Shown here: positions 37,942-51,534 of the stretch, in pieces | Position numbering within the stretch: position 1 is the stretch's first letter | Layout: each line of letters opens with the position of its first letter | NCBI GenBank assembly: GCA_964016885.1 | Contig: OZ024741.1 | Coordinates: forward strand, 331,390,001-331,454,000 | Direction of reading: 5' to 3' | DNA from: Eledone cirrhosa | Lineage: Eukaryota | Length of the DNA stretch: 64,000 nucleotides | Program-made: the position numbers and the translations under genes | Notes under the pieces: model-generated | Told to the model about the DNA's origin: nothing | Database searches by the model: none | Seen by the model: the letters and a program-made list of their open reading frames with translations, nothing else

Positions 37942-38332
37942 TAAGGTTGCCCTTATTTTTCAACTTTCTAAACGTTTAGCTCCCACCCCACTATCTTATT
38001 TTAATTAACAAAAACCCAATCTATGCAAAATTTTAGCTTAAGCGGACAACTACAAGGCTACCCTCATTGACTGTGAAATTTTGAAGTTTTCGCCCGGAAA
38101 GTCATTTTTTCAGATAAACATTTTTTTATCTCTTATATAATTTACTCTTAAATTAAAAACTTGTTCAGACTTATTCTTGGTATTAGAAGGGTAAGTGACA
38201 ATAAATATAATGGGGAAGGAAACTTGCAAAGCTGGGGACAGAGCGCAGGTATAGGGCAAACACCTATTGTTCGCTGTGGGAGCAGCAAAATTTGAACTTT
38301 CGGAAAATTACCTATTGCTAAGGGCCACCCTA
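37942..38332. mobile_element. Non-autonomous DNA transposon (TAGGGTG-type termini, hAT-like)
   Basis: TAAGGTTGCCCTTA ... TAAGGGCCACCCTA. The right end recurs at about 39715-39773. The TSD is unclear. Confidence 0.55.
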
Positions 38333-38519
38333 ATATACATATGTGGTTGATAGCTGAGAGAAATGAGTACTTGGTATTGAGTAATATATATATATGTATA
38401 CGTATGTAAATATATATATGTGATATGTATATATATATATGCTCTCCTTACTATCCTTGCTTTCATATTTCTCCTTGCTCCCCTTTTCTCATTGTATTTG
38501 TATATAAACAAGTACATAG

Positions 38520-38900
38520 ATAGGAGAAAGGGAGAGCAATGAGAAAAGGAGAGCAAGGAGAGCAATAAGAAAAGGAGAGCAAGGAGAGTAATGTGAAAAT
38601 GAGAGCAAGGAGAGCAAGGAGAGGAAGGATAAAAGGAGAGCAAGGAGAGCAATGTGAAAAGGAGAGCAAGGATAAAAGGAGAGCAAGGAGAGCAATGAGA
38701 AAAGGAGAGCAAGGAGATGAAGGAGAGAAAAAGGGAGGGGCGGGGAGAAGGGGGAAGGGGAGAAAGGTGGAAGGGGAGGTAGCAGAGGAAGGGGGTGAAA
38801 TGGAGGTAGGCAATGAAGGGCGGGAAGGTGAGGAATGGGAGGATGGGGAGGGTGAGGAGGAAGGGGAAGGGGAGGAATTGGATGATGAGGAGGAGAGGAG
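38520..38900. repeat. Purine-rich (AAGGAGAGC)n minisatellite and G/A-rich tract
   Basis: Direct reading of the sequence. Confidence 0.9.
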
Positions 38901-38988
38901 CATATATATATCAGTATGTGGTTATATACATATACAATGTATATATATATATATATATATATATATCCCCTTTCTATATATATATATA

Positions 38989-39360
38989 TATAAATTAATA
39001 AAAATAATGAATAAACAAAGAAACAGTTCCTTATATTAAAAAATTCATCATTTTACGATCGTTTCTAGGATATATATGTTAGTGTTGGTATGCATATCCT
39101 ATAGATCTATGTAAAATTTTTACAAACTATCAGAAGGAATATACATACCTACACATATATATGCTGTCTTCTTATTTCTGAAGACAGCATATATATGTGT
39201 AGGTAGTATATTCCTTCTGATAGTTTGTAAAAATTTTACATAGATCTATAGGATATGCATACCAACACTAACATATATATCCTAGAAACGATCGTAAAAT
39301 GATGAATTTTTTAATATAAGGAACTGTTTCTTTGTTTATTCATTATTTTTATTAATTTAT
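38989..39360. repeat. Near-perfect palindrome with about 180-bp arms
   Basis: Apex TCTTC ttatttct GAAGA at about 39167-39184. Confidence 0.93.
39174..39300 (+). ncRNA. Hammerhead ribozyme with about 100-nt stem II
   Basis: ATTT CTGAAGA ..ATATATATGT...ACATATATAT.. GAAAC GATC GTA AAAT. Confidence 0.65.
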
Positions 39361-40379
39361 CTTTCCTGTATTTTTCATCTAAAAAATTTTTTTGAGTACA
39401 TCTTCTCTTTTCATGATATTCGGATTACATTGAGTTCTTCATACAGATTGGACACTACCGTACATTTTGGTAGATTTATCTACATATATATATATATATA
39501 TACATTTGCTGGGGTTTCCTGGATGTGTCCACATAAATTTTTCTTTGAAGAAAAAAGAAAATGGTCGAGATAGGGAACAGTATACTGCTTTTTAACAGAA
39601 TTAATCGTTGTGTATACTATGTTCCCAACTTCAAGGCGTTTGAGTGTCGCCTAACAGTTGTTCAATTGAAATTTTGCACATCCTGTTTTCTTGGTGATTG
39701 GAACAGGATTAGGGCGTGGGAGCAGCCAAAATTTTTACTTTCGGAAAATTACCTATTGCTAAGGGCCACCCTAATATATATGTATCATTCATTATTATCA
39801 TTTAATGTCTGCTTTCCCAGCTAGCAAGGGTTATATAGGTCTACATAGACCAAGTCAATACTGAAGCAGGGCTACTGACTCCCAGGTGGGCTGGGGCGTG
39901 GCGGGGGGAGGGGGCGGCCTATCCCACTTACATATGGACATATCAAGTGCAGAGAAGAAGTTGTAATTTCTTTTGACACAAACTGAAGGATCCTCCTAGC
40001 CCCTAGTTTGGCAAGCTTTTTTACTGCTGGATTGCCCTTCCTATCACCTGCTACTTTAAAGCATGTACTGGGTGATTTTATTGTGCAGATTACCAGCAAA
40101 ATGAATGCATGTATACATATGTATATTTTATACAAAATGTATGCATGTATGTTTCTATGCAGTGGCCAATAGTAACAGCATAAACCAAGTGATGGGAGGT
40201 TTTCAAGCCCCCACCTTTACCCCCGTTCATTTGCTTTGCCTCTCCAATTTGTAGAACCCCTGTCATGTGCCACCTCATGCTTCCCGTCACAGAATAGTGA
40301 AAGTGTTACAAGGGAGATGTGTTGACAGAGCAATTCCAAATTGCAGGGCTCATTCTTGCAGGTGGTCAACTTTTTACTG

Positions 40380-40655
40380 ATAGCAATGAGTAGGGAGTTG
40401 GTCTGAGAACCCAGATTCCAAGAAGACCCCCATGAGTAGGAAGGTGGTTTGGGGATTCAGAATTCCATAAAAACCCATGAGTAGGGAGGTGATTTGAGGA
40501 CCCAGAATGGCAGAAGTTGCCACCAGTATAGGTTCAATGGTAGCAATGAGTAGGGAGGTGGTTTGATGACCCAGGAATACCAGAAGTCACCATAAGTAGG
40601 GAGGTGGTTTGAGGACCCAGAATGTCAGAAGTTGCCACCACTATAGGTTCAATTA
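40380..40655. repeat. Degenerate tandem repeat
   Basis: Recurrent ATGAGTAGGGAGGTGGTTTGAGGACCCAGAAT. Confidence 0.75.
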
Positions 40656-40796
40656 CAAACCTATTGGAAAGCAGCCGATACTTCAATAGCTTTATGTTTT
40701 AATTAAATAACAATAATGATCAGATTGTTGGTATTAAGGTATTTCTACAACCGAGGTAGATTGACTGTATTATTAGTGAGTAAGACGTATTATTAG

Positions 40797-40936
40797 TGCT
40801 TTGAAGCATAGAGTTACGGCCCTTGCCATTCTGAGTTCAAAGGTTAACTTCGCCTTTCATCTTTATGGGGGTCGATAAAATAAAGTACCAGTAATACACT
40901 GGGTAATTGCTGGCCTTGTGCCAAAAGTAGAAACAA
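40797..40936 (+). mobile_element. SINE family B, truncated, with TSD
   Basis: ATTATTAGTGAGTAAGAC lies on both sides (about 40770 and 40937). Confidence 0.8.
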
Positions 40937-42576
40937 TTATTAGTGAGTAAGACTTTGTTCAAATTCTAAGTTCAAATCCCACCATGTTCAACTCTGCCTT
41001 TCATACTGCTGGATTAATAAAATATAGTATTAGGTGAATACTGAAGTCAATGTAAATGCCCCCACCCCCCGAAACAACAACAACAACAAAAACAAACAAA
41101 CAAACAAACAAAAAACTACTGGTCATGTGCTTAAATTAGAAACCATTAAGACATTTCTGCAGGGATCATTCAGTTCAAAACTAATTTTACGTCCCTTTTT
41201 CCATGCTTGCATGGGCTGGGCAAGTCCTTTTTAGCACAGCATCTCCCACTTGCCACATTCCTTCATCATCTCCTCTGTGAGTCTTTGCGATTTGAGACTG
41301 TGTGGTTAAAAAATTAGCTTTGCATTTATGTGGTTTCAAGCCCCCCATTATGTAAAGTTTCTTCTACAATAGCCTTGAGTTAGCATCAGTTAAAGCTTTG
41401 TGAGTGGAATTTGGTGGAAGGAAATTGTGTGGAAGCCTGTTCTTCTTGTGTGGTTGACTTCATCTGTTGTCTGGTTTAACCCTTTCATTGCCACCTATAT
41501 TTTACAATTAGTTTTGTAAATAATCAACAATTTGAAGGAATTGAGTCAAATAACTAACCATATTATTAAGCTGGTGTTTAGCCAATAGCTTAACAAAAAT
41601 ATTCTTTCATGAACTCATTTTTTTGAAACATAGGAATTCTTTAAAACAAGAATTGAGGTAGTTTTGGGAGCATGTTGTTATCAAAAGTGTTAACAGATTC
41701 ATTTGGCCTTTGGGAGTTTTAACAGAGTCCACTCTGTTGCAAGCATTTTGGGGGTAAGGATTTTGGGCAAAAGATAACTTTATCCCTTCCTCCCACCAGT
41801 TTTGGAGGCCCTAAAAGAGTCATGGATTGGGTTGTGTGTTGTGTTCTTAAGCAAAACACTTCATTTCACATTGCTCCAGTATACTCAGCTGGAAATGAGT
41901 ACCAGCAATAGCTGGGGTTTAACCCTACAATGGACTGGCATCTTGTCCGGGGGGGGGGGGAGTCTTTTACTCTCAATCGCTTAGCACCACAGAAATCAGG
42001 ATAAGCACCAGCCTGATGAGCATCCAGGCTCAAGACAGACTGTAGAAGGAAAATATCTCTAGAACACATTCTGCATACTAAATACACATACAGAAAGAGT
42101 TAAACATACTATGAGAGTTAAGTACCAACCAATCATATATCTATTAGTATATTGTCTTCATAACTCACAGTTACATGCATCTTTCTCACCAACCACTAGA
42201 CTGTAAAACATAGAAATGTGTTGAATTAGACCCCTTTCTAGGTCAATAAATGCAAAGAAGTGCTGTTTTGTTCATTGCCATCTACTTTGTCTGTCATGCT
42301 TTATTTATTTTGTAAGTTTAGAATAGTTGGCCAATTGACTATGTAAATTAGTTTATAAGTGGTTATAATATTCAGACTTGCAGAGTTACAAAAAGGTCAA
42401 CGTTATGTGATTCTACTCTAATTTAAATAAAAAACTGCATTTAAGCACAGCTTAAGCATTTACTGAAAACTATTTTCACAGGCAGCTAAAATTTTACATT
42501 TGCTGTATGTAAATATATTTCAGGAAAATAGCTGAAAGATACAGTGACAGGGAATGAAACCAGCCACAGCCGATGT

Positions 42577-43340
42577 CTGGGTATTTGGCACCCTAAGCTA
42601 TCCTTACATTGTGTACCTGAGTATTTGGCACCTTAAGCTATCCCTACAATGTGTACCTGGGTATTTAGCACCCTAAGCTATCCTTACATTGTGTACCTGA
42701 GTATTTGGCACCCTAAGCTATCCCTACAATGTGTACCTGGGTATTTAGCACCTTAAGCTATCCTTACATTGAGTACCTGGGTATTTGGCACCCTAAGCTA
42801 TCGTTACAATGTGTACCTGGGTATTTAGCATAATAAGCAAGCTCTACAATGTACATGTGGGTATTTAGCCCCAGAAGCTATCCTTACAATGTGTACCTGG
42901 GTATCTAGCACCATAGGCAAGCTCTACAATGTACACCTGGGTATTTAACACAATGGACTATCCTTACAATATGCACCTGGGTATTTTTCACCCTAAGCTA
43001 TCCTTACAATGTGTACCTGGGTATTTAGCACCCTAGGCAAGCTCTACAATTTACACCTGGGTATTTAGTCCCATAGGCTATCCTTACAATGTGTACCTGG
43101 GTATTTAGCACCCTAGGCAAGCTCTACAATTTACACCTGGGTATTTAGTCCCATAGGCTATCCTTACAATGTGTACCTGGGTATTTAGCATCCTAGGCAA
43201 GCTCTACAATTTGCACCTGGCTATTTAGCACCCTAGGCTATCCCTACAGTATGTAACTAGGTATTTATTACCCTAGGGTACCTCTGCAATGTGTACCTGG
43301 GTATTTATTGTCACAAGATATCTCTACAATGTATACCCTG
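42577..43340. repeat. 40-bp minisatellite (about 19 units)
   Basis: Unit GTATTTGGCACCCTAAGCTATCCTTACATTGTGTACCTGG, with alternating variants. Confidence 0.95.
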
Positions 43341-43669
43341 CTTCATCCAGCTATGAGTCCTATTCTCCCAAATAAAATAATTTCAACTTACAGTTTGGTA
43401 AGCTGATAAACCTAGTTTTTCACACTTGTTGATCTGATTACATCACATTAAGAAAGTTACTTTGGAGATTGATAAAAAAAGCATCAACCTAGTACTTAGG
43501 CTGGTTTTCTCTGTCTGTCTCTCTCCCCTCCCCTATTCATACAGATATACATACAAACATACACGTATATACATGCATACATTACATACATATACACACA
43601 CATACACACACATATACACACATATATACACACACATATATACATGCACACATATTATGTATGAATGTA

Positions 43670-44002
43670 TGGTCCCATAACACCTGATAGAATCTTAGGG
43701 GACCCGTATTGACATACATCATTTCTTGGGCATTTTAAACCTGGCAGAGCCCATCCCTCTCCAGGCCTGAGTACAGTAGAATTCTTCCAGAGAAAGATAG
43801 AAAATGAGAGAGAGGAAATGAGAAAGAGATAGAGAGGAAGAATCGACCCCAGTACTAGACTGGTACTTTTTTTTATCGACCTTGAAGGATGGAAGGCAAA
43901 GTTGACCTTGGTGAGATTTGAACTGAGACAGCAGAGAGCTGGAACAAATAACACAAAGCATTCTATCTGATGTTCTAAAGACTCTGTTAATTCACCACCT
44001 CT
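43670..44002 (-). mobile_element. SINE family B variant with long 3' extension
   Basis: Family-B core plus CATTTTAAACCTGGCAGAGCCCATCCCTCTCCAGGCCTGAGTACAG. Relatives lie at about 5835-6060 (+) and 61900-62163 (-). Confidence 0.65.
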
Positions 44003-44047
44003 ACACTGGTTATACATACATACAAGTATATATATACATATATACAT

Positions 44048-44383
44048 GGAGGCACATGGCTTAGTGGTTAGAGCATTGGCCTTGCAATCGAAAGGTTGTG
44101 AGTTCAATTCTCAGACCGGGTGATGTGTTGTTTCCTTGAGCAAGACACTTTATTTCACATTGCTCCAGTTTACTCAGCTGTAGAAATGAGATGATAGGGA
44201 CTGGGGTCCCTATCATTCCACTGTAAAGTGGACGTGTAGGCGCCATGGCAAAAAAGCACCCAGCACTCACTGTAAATGAGGCTTGTGTTAGGAAGGGCAT
44301 CCAGCTGTAGAAATCAAGCCAGAATCAGTTCCCGTCCCACCCTTGCAAGCAGGGAAAAGTGGACGTAAAATGATGATGATGAT
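44048..44383 (+). mobile_element. SINE family A, full length
   Basis: tRNA-like head (TGGCTTAGTGG / GAGTTCAATTC), CORE-like CCTTGAGCAAGACACTT, a GTTAGGAAGGGCATCCAGCTGTA block, and the RTE tail CCCACCCTTGCAAGCAGGGAAAAGTGGACGTAAAA(TGA)n. Confidence 0.92.
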
Positions 44384-44494
44384 ACATACATACATACATC
44401 ATATATACATATATACATACATCATACATACATGCATAAACATACACACCCATACATATAAACACACACACATACATATGTATGTACATACATC

Positions 44495-44615
44495 ATCATC
44501 ATCATCGTTTTTACATTCACTTTTCCTTGCTTGCATGGGTTGGACAGGTCCTTCTCAGCACGGCATCTCTCAACACATCGGGATTCTTTGTCATCTTTGA
44601 GAGTCTAAGTGATTT
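44495..44615 (-). mobile_element. Short RTE 3' end
   Basis: Encodes LRLSKMTKNPDVLRDAVLRRTCPTHASKEK, homologous to the RTE C-terminus. Confidence 0.8.
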
Positions 44616-45011
44616 ACATACATACATACATACACACACACATACACACAAACATACACACATTACATAGACACATGCACACACACATACATTCCTACAT
44701 ACATATAAACATATACACATACATACAAGCATACATACTCACTTACCAACATAACATACATATACACACACATATATACATATGTACATACATAAATAAT
44801 TGCATATACATATTTATAGATACAAAGTATGTGCATGTGTACACATATAGCTCAAAGCATACAGATCACACATGCAATAACATCCATGTCTGCACACATG
44901 CATGCAGACATACATATGTATTTACTGCGTTGATGTTGTCTAAATTCCAATGAGTCTTGTGTCTATGTTAGAAACTGGCTCTCTCTCTATCACTAAAAAT
45001 TATATAATAAT

Positions 45012-45200
45012 TGTTTCTACTTTTGGCACAAGGCCAGCAATTATCCAGTACATTACTGGTACTTTATTTTATCGACCCCGTAAGGATGAAAGGTAAAGTT
45101 AACCTCGGCGGGATTTGAACTCAGAATGGCAAGGGCCGTAACTCTATGTGTCAAAGCATGGCGTCTGACCCTCTACTGATACTGCCAATCCACCACCCTT
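45012..45200 (-). mobile_element. SINE family B, full length, 17-bp TSD
   Basis: AAAAATTATATAATAAT at 44995-45011 and 45202-45218. Confidence 0.9.
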
Positions 45201-45229
45201 AAAAAATTATATAATAATGAAACCAGAAG

Positions 45230-45324
45230 AACATACACGCATATACACACACACATATATACATATGTACATACATACATATATATAAACAAACATACAC
45301 ACATATACACACATAAACATGCAC

Positions 45325-45385
<61 letters not shown>

Positions 45386-45445
45386 CATATATATCATAGA
45401 TACATACACATGCATACATACACACATATACACACATATATATTG

Positions 45446-45504
<59 letters not shown>

Positions 45505-45915
45505 TGCATACATACACACATATACACACATATATATGAACATACATACATACATATATATATATACACATACATACATGCACATACATACATGCACATA
45601 CATACACACACATACATACACACATACACATACATCCATGCACATACATACACACATACACACATGCATACGCACATACACATACATACATGCACATGCA
45701 TACACACATACACACACATACATACACACATACACATACATGCAGACATACAAATATACATACACACATATACACACATATACATGCACATATACACACA
45801 TATACACACATATAAATACACATATACACACATATACACACATATACATGCACATATACACACATATACACACATATACACACATACACACATATACATG
45901 CACATACATACATAA
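45230..45915. repeat. Compound (CA/TA)n microsatellite
   Basis: Direct reading. This is the source of the long spurious VCMY/HTYI ORFs. Confidence 0.95.
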
Positions 45916-46189
45916 CAGTTGTTGACAGGCTGGATTATATTTTGTAGAATGAAATGAAGAGGTAGGTTTGAAGATATCTATAGTTTTGGGAATCGAAAAA
46001 GGTTTCCATAACAACCCCATGAAAACTCTGGATTTGAGAAATTTTAGTATATCTATAAAACGGGTGATAAAACATGATATTTGTTGTTTTCAGTGATATC
46101 TGAAGTGATATGTAAAGATGGGAATATATGTTTTGTTTTTTTGACAATTTCATTGATGTAATTCCTTTCAGTTACTGGCTTAGCAGATA

Positions 46190-46936
46190 CATATATCTCA
46201 TATATGGAACTCATATCACACACACACAGAATATATATCACACATATAGTACATATATCACATACGTAGAATATATATCACATACATAGTACATATATCA
46301 CACACATAGAATATATATCACACACATAGAATATATATCACACATATAGAACCTATATCACATACATAGTACATATATCACACACATAGTACATATATCA
46401 CACACATAGTACATATATCACACTCATAGTACATATATCACACACATAGTACATATATCACACACATAGTACATATATCACACACATAGAACATATATCA
46501 CATACATCGTACATATATCACATACATAGTACATATATCACACACATAGAACATATATCACATACATAGAACATATATCACATACATAGAACATATATTT
46601 CACACATAGAACTCATATCACATACATAGAACATCTATCACATACATAGAACACATATATCACATACATAGAACATATATCACATACATAGAACATATAT
46701 ATCACATACATAGCACATATATCACACATATAGAACATATATCACATACATAGAACATATATCTCACACATATAGAATATATATCTCACACATAGAACAT
46801 ATATCACACAAAAAGAATATATATTGCATACAGAGAACATATATTACACACAGAATATATTTCACACGTATAGAACATAAATCACATACATAGAACATAT
46901 ATTATATGTGTAGAACATATATCACACACATAGAAC
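46190..46936. repeat. 20-bp minisatellite
   Basis: Unit CACACATAG(A/T)ACATATATCA. Confidence 0.95.
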
Positions 46937-47027
46937 TATCAAACATGGATCACAGAAAAGATGATACTAACTGACAAATTGATTCCAACAGTTGTGTAAA
47001 GCCTCATGTATACATATATACATACAT

Positions 47028-47284
47028 ACATCATTTTTATGTCCACTTTTCCCTGCTCGCAAGGGTGGGACAGGACTGATTCTGGCTTGATTTCTACAGC
47101 TGGATGCCCTTCCTAACACCAACCTCATTTACAGTGAGTGCTGGGTGCTTTTTTTGCCGTGGCACCTCCACGGCCACTTTGCAGCGGAATGATAGGGACC
47201 CCAGTCCCTATCATCTCATTTCTACAGCTGAGTAAACTGGAGCAATGTGAAATAAAGTGTCTTGCTCAAGGAAACAACACATCA
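47028..47284 (-). mobile_element. SINE family A lacking the tRNA head
   Basis: Near-identical to 22435-22680. Confidence 0.9.
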
Positions 47285-47595
47285 ATACACTATTAGATTA
47301 GTATAGTTAATATGAATCATTGTGAGATATCTCATAAATGACTGATAAGTTTCAACATGCCAGTAATATGTGGTAGATATATATAAAGGGCAAAGGAGAC
47401 AAATAAAACAAAACAAAGTAATGTTTTACCCAGTATATTTCAACATGATATTTCAAATGTGGAACAGAAGCGGTCAAAAAAAAAAAAATGAACAATTGAT
47501 GTGTTCTTCTCTAACTAGTTTACGGGTCTGAAAAATGCATGCGTGGAGTCGTTATAGTAACCATTGATTTTTTACATTGCCCACATTCCTTTCAG

Positions 47596-48130
47596 TCACT
47601 TCTTTGATGACCTCAATGTCTTGGCTGCAGCATCTGTCAAGATGTTTTTTTTAAAAGAAGAATCTCCATTTGTCATATGCTCCCTGACATGTGTGTGCAG
47701 CATCTGGATAGTACTTCCAATGTACAAGGAGCTACATTTTATACATGTGACCTTGTAGATTACATACACTTGCATGCACACTTTTGCATTGTTGATGGGA
47801 CAATTAGGATGTGTGCACATATCACTGTATGTAGGTTGGTGTCTGTGCGACTGTTTCCTCAATGAGGGTCCAGAGTGTGCCAGCTGTGTGTTCAGGCCCT
47901 CCCTATGGATGGCTTGTCTGATGGCAGTAGTTGTCTTCTCATTGAAATGCAGCAGCTTTAGGCAGGATATGTTACCTCTAGGAGTTCATGTCCTCCTTAT
48001 TCTTTTCAGTGTTGCTACTTTGGCATTTCAGTGTTTCATGAAAGAAGTGGAGTAGCCGTTCTTGGTGAGAATTCTCTGGAATTCCACTGTGATGGATGCT
48101 TGTCACTACTCTCACTGCATTTGTTGTGCA
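47596..48130 (-). pseudogene. Penelope-like element fragment (GIY-YIG and upstream linker)
   Basis: CTHPNCPINNAKVCMQVYVIYKVTCIKCSSLYIGSTIQMLHTHVREH. The upstream part is decayed. Confidence 0.85.
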
Positions 48131-48496
48131 TCTGGGAGATCTCATTCTCTGTGTGTGTCTGTGTGTGTGTGTGTGGTTATTCCAATAGTTGTGTGAAGTC
48201 TCATGTAGATATACACTATTAGATGATGTGAGAGGGGGAGGGGGCTACTTAGGCTTAAAACAAACATACTGCTCTTTTCATGTTTCTGCCATATCATCAA
48301 CATCATCATCACCATCACATATACAGATGCATATACAAGCATATACACATATACACACAAATACTCACACGTACATATGCACACAAATACTGACACGTAC
48401 ATACACTCACACACAAGCACCCACACCTATACACATACTATTAGTAGCTAGTAGTAAAAAAGTGATACAATTAAAAGCATTTTGTCTTCTTTTCTT

Positions 48497-48541
<45 letters not shown>

Positions 48542-49378
48542 TCATCTTCATCGTCATCAACATCATTGTCATCATTATCATAATCCTCATTGCTAGCAAG
48601 GGTTGGTCAGGTCATTAAAAACCAAATCAGTACATAATTAATGTCCCTGACCTCCCAGACAGGCTGCATCTTGCTTACATTGATATCCATACTTTTCAGA
48701 GTATACTGGATAGAATTTATCAAACTACCAGCACAAGGGTGGTTGTCATGTCTTTGACACAACTGAAGAGGCCTCTCAACCCTTTGTTTGACAAGATTCC
48801 TATGACTAAATACCCTTTTCTAATGCCAACCATTTTGCAGTGTGAATTAGGTACATTTTATCATGGCACCAACACAACCACTTTACAGCTTCTACGTAGT
48901 TTCTGTCTACCAATTTCTACTCATAAGGGACTGATCAGTAAAAGGCTACAGTGAAAGACAGTTGCACAAGCTGTTGCATCATGGGATTGAGTCCAGACCA
49001 CATTGTTGCAACACCAAATTCGGAATTACAAAGCCATAGATTATTTTTAATCCAACACCTCTAACAACTTTGCCAATTCACCACTTTTGCTCCTTATACT
49101 TGAAAAAAACCAAAAAAAACCCTTGTCCCAAAATAAGAAACTGTCATCTTTAAATTTCTTTTCTTTTTCTTCACTATATTCATTAAGTGAAGGTGCATGG
49201 CTTAATGGTGAGAGGGTTGGATTCACAATTGTGAGGTTGTGAGTTTGATTCCTGGACTGGATGATGTGTTATGTCCTTGAGCAAAATACTTTATTTCACG
49301 TAGCTCCTTCTGCCAGGAGTTGTGACTAGTAGAGACATTATGCGAGATAAAGCCTTTACCTTGGCTTGATCTGTTTAA

Positions 49379-49597
49379 CCCTTAGCATTTAAACCGGCCA
49401 TATCTAGCCAGAATTCTCTCACCTCTTTCAGTTCAAACAAGCCATAACTGGCCACTCATACTAATGTTAAGGTATTGTTCTCAAAATAAATAATATCAAA
49501 ATCTCATAGATTCAGTATTATGTGAGATATTATGGGAGATAAAGCCTTTACTGCGAAAATACAACAGTATATATAGAGTAATGTAAATGCTAAAGGG
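49379..49597. mobile_element. piggyBac-like MITE, second copy
   Basis: TTAA flanks, and similar to the reverse complement of 4570-4791. Confidence 0.8.
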
Positions 49598-49754
49598 TTA
49601 AAGAGTTCCACCCAACCCAGTAAGCAAATGAGGTCTGGGATCTTGTCAATCTTAAAAAATAAATAGCCATTAAGATTATAAATCTCCAACAGAATCTTTG
49701 GAGCAGCAGTCAAAACAGTTTGCAGTATTTAGTAAGTTTTATTCTGTTTAATAA

Positions 49755-50165
49755 TAATTTATTTATTTATTTATTTATCTATTATTTGTATTGACACTAT
49801 TTTGTTTTACAAAGCTGTTTATACAAAAACAAAACATTATTAAAGGGAACGCAAAAATGAAATAAAAAGAAGAAAAAAATGAATTAAACAATGAAATAAG
49901 GGAGAGCGGGAGGGAAAGACACTACATCCCTGTCTGAGTGGTGTTTGAGCTGCACCCCGTGGACAAAATGGCAATGGCATTATCATGGAAAATGGTCAGA
50001 GACATCCACTGCAACAGTCACCCCCACCTCCCAGGGCTCCCTCCTGATGTGTGTAACTGTCTTTCCAACTTTACAGAGGGAATCAGCTGTGTGGGGGCCA
50101 AAGACACCAGAGGTCTTGACAACAACCAGTGCAAAGAGGAAGTGGATGGTCAGGCCATGGTATTT
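49755..50165 (-). pseudogene. RLE-type (CRE-like) LINE 3' end with (AAAT)n tail
   Basis: FLFALVVVKTSGVFGPHTADSLCKVGK..REPWE / LLQWMSLTIFHDNAIAIL resembles the F.P...ET.G..G......L.QR.S....GNA C-terminus. Confidence 0.6.
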
Positions 50166-51534
50166 AACTATTGCAGTATTTGTTCTCATTCTTTATATTT
50201 TGAGTTCAAATCCAGCTGAGGTCAACTTTGCTTTCAATTTCTCCATGGTTGATAAATCAAGTACTGTGTTCACTTAATCAACTATGTCATTTGGCATTAT
50301 ATTAGATTGGGCAATGTGTCTCTCTATTTTGAAGATAATATGATGTGAAGATTTGAGAAGTTGGCTGATATTTCTAGCAGGTTTCATTGACCATTTAGAG
50401 GCTGCTTCACTCATCCATTCATTCATTGATGTTTTAGTGAAATAATGTTCAATATCAGACATACAGATGTTTATACTTTTTTTTAAAAGACATTATGAGA
50501 TGTGAGTTGAGAAGTTGGCTGGTATTTCTAGCAGGTTTGATAAGCTATTTAGGGGCTCCCTCTCTTATCCTCGTCCAGTCATTGATGTTATAGGGAAATA
50601 GTGTTCAATATCAGTCATACAGATGTCTGTAATCACTGAGCTTTCTATATTAATTTCATTATCTCTTGTGTAAATTTCTATCTGGAAGCAGATATAATTA
50701 AATCAATGACACACACTCAACTAGAACAGATATATATTATTCATACAGGGACGTCAACTTGATAGAAATACTACACTATTGAACCATTGGCCTTTCACAT
50801 TCGCTTATATTTGCTCTCTCTCTCTCCCCCTCTCTCTCTCCCAATCTCTCTCCCACTCTCCCTCCCACTCTCTCTATCTATTTACCTATCTCTTTCTCTC
50901 CCCTCTCTCTATCTTTTTCTCCCCTATCTCTCTATCTCTGTCCCCATTTCTCTCTCTTTCTATACATATGTATATATATGTATATACATACATTTAAATC
51001 CTGGCAGATCAATTCGATCTATCACTTGTCTAGAGTTGATTACATTCATTCTCTCTCTCTACCACTCTCTCACCCCCTCTGTCTCTTTGTATGTGTGTGT
51101 CTCTCTCTCTCTGTTTCCGCCCCCTCTCTCTATGTCTCTGTCTCTCTCTTTCCCCACAAAAATATTGGCCTTCTGTGTCTTGGCAAAATGAAATCAAAAT
51201 TTATTAATGACATCACATGATTTGACAGTCATTAAATATATAATTAATCTACCTTTATTAACTATAGATATAATGTTTATTAGCTATACAATCAAACCTA
51301 ACTTTGATTATCTATAGAACTACTTTGAATGCATTAGCAATGGAAAGCAATGTTTATTAACCACATAACCAATTCCGATGTTTATTAGTTATACACAATG
51401 AAACCAAATATTTTATTAGTCATTCAAGCAAAACTGAGATTTATTAAAGGGTTCTCACCTGCCCAACCCTGCCTTGTCTCTTCCTCACTCTCTCCCACCA
51501 TCCAAAATTTATCAGATATTTAACAAGTTGAACC

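Noticed and set aside
42010-42035. CTGATGAG motif (also reverse at about 19923 and 33372)
   Set aside because: There is no downstream GAAA or stem III. It is part of a SINE 3' region.
42577-43340. CRISPR-like regular repeats (also 21630-22270, 46190-46936 and 58308-58955)
   Set aside because: These are head-to-tail units with no unique spacers and no cas genes, in a eukaryotic context.
44048-44120. tRNA gene-like sequence (also 23750-23820 and 25749-25820)
   Set aside because: It continues directly into a SINE body and tail, so it is a SINE head and not a tRNA gene.
45173-46020. Long ORFs of 170-246 aa (also 23484-23842, 60892-61380, 17894-18250, 38463-39039 and 63658-63999)
   Set aside because: They are translations of microsatellite or low-complexity DNA.
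50330-50630. Local diverged tandem duplications (also 33915-34250, 52690-53105 and 61685-62330)
   Set aside because: They are old imperfect duplications with no coding or structural signal.
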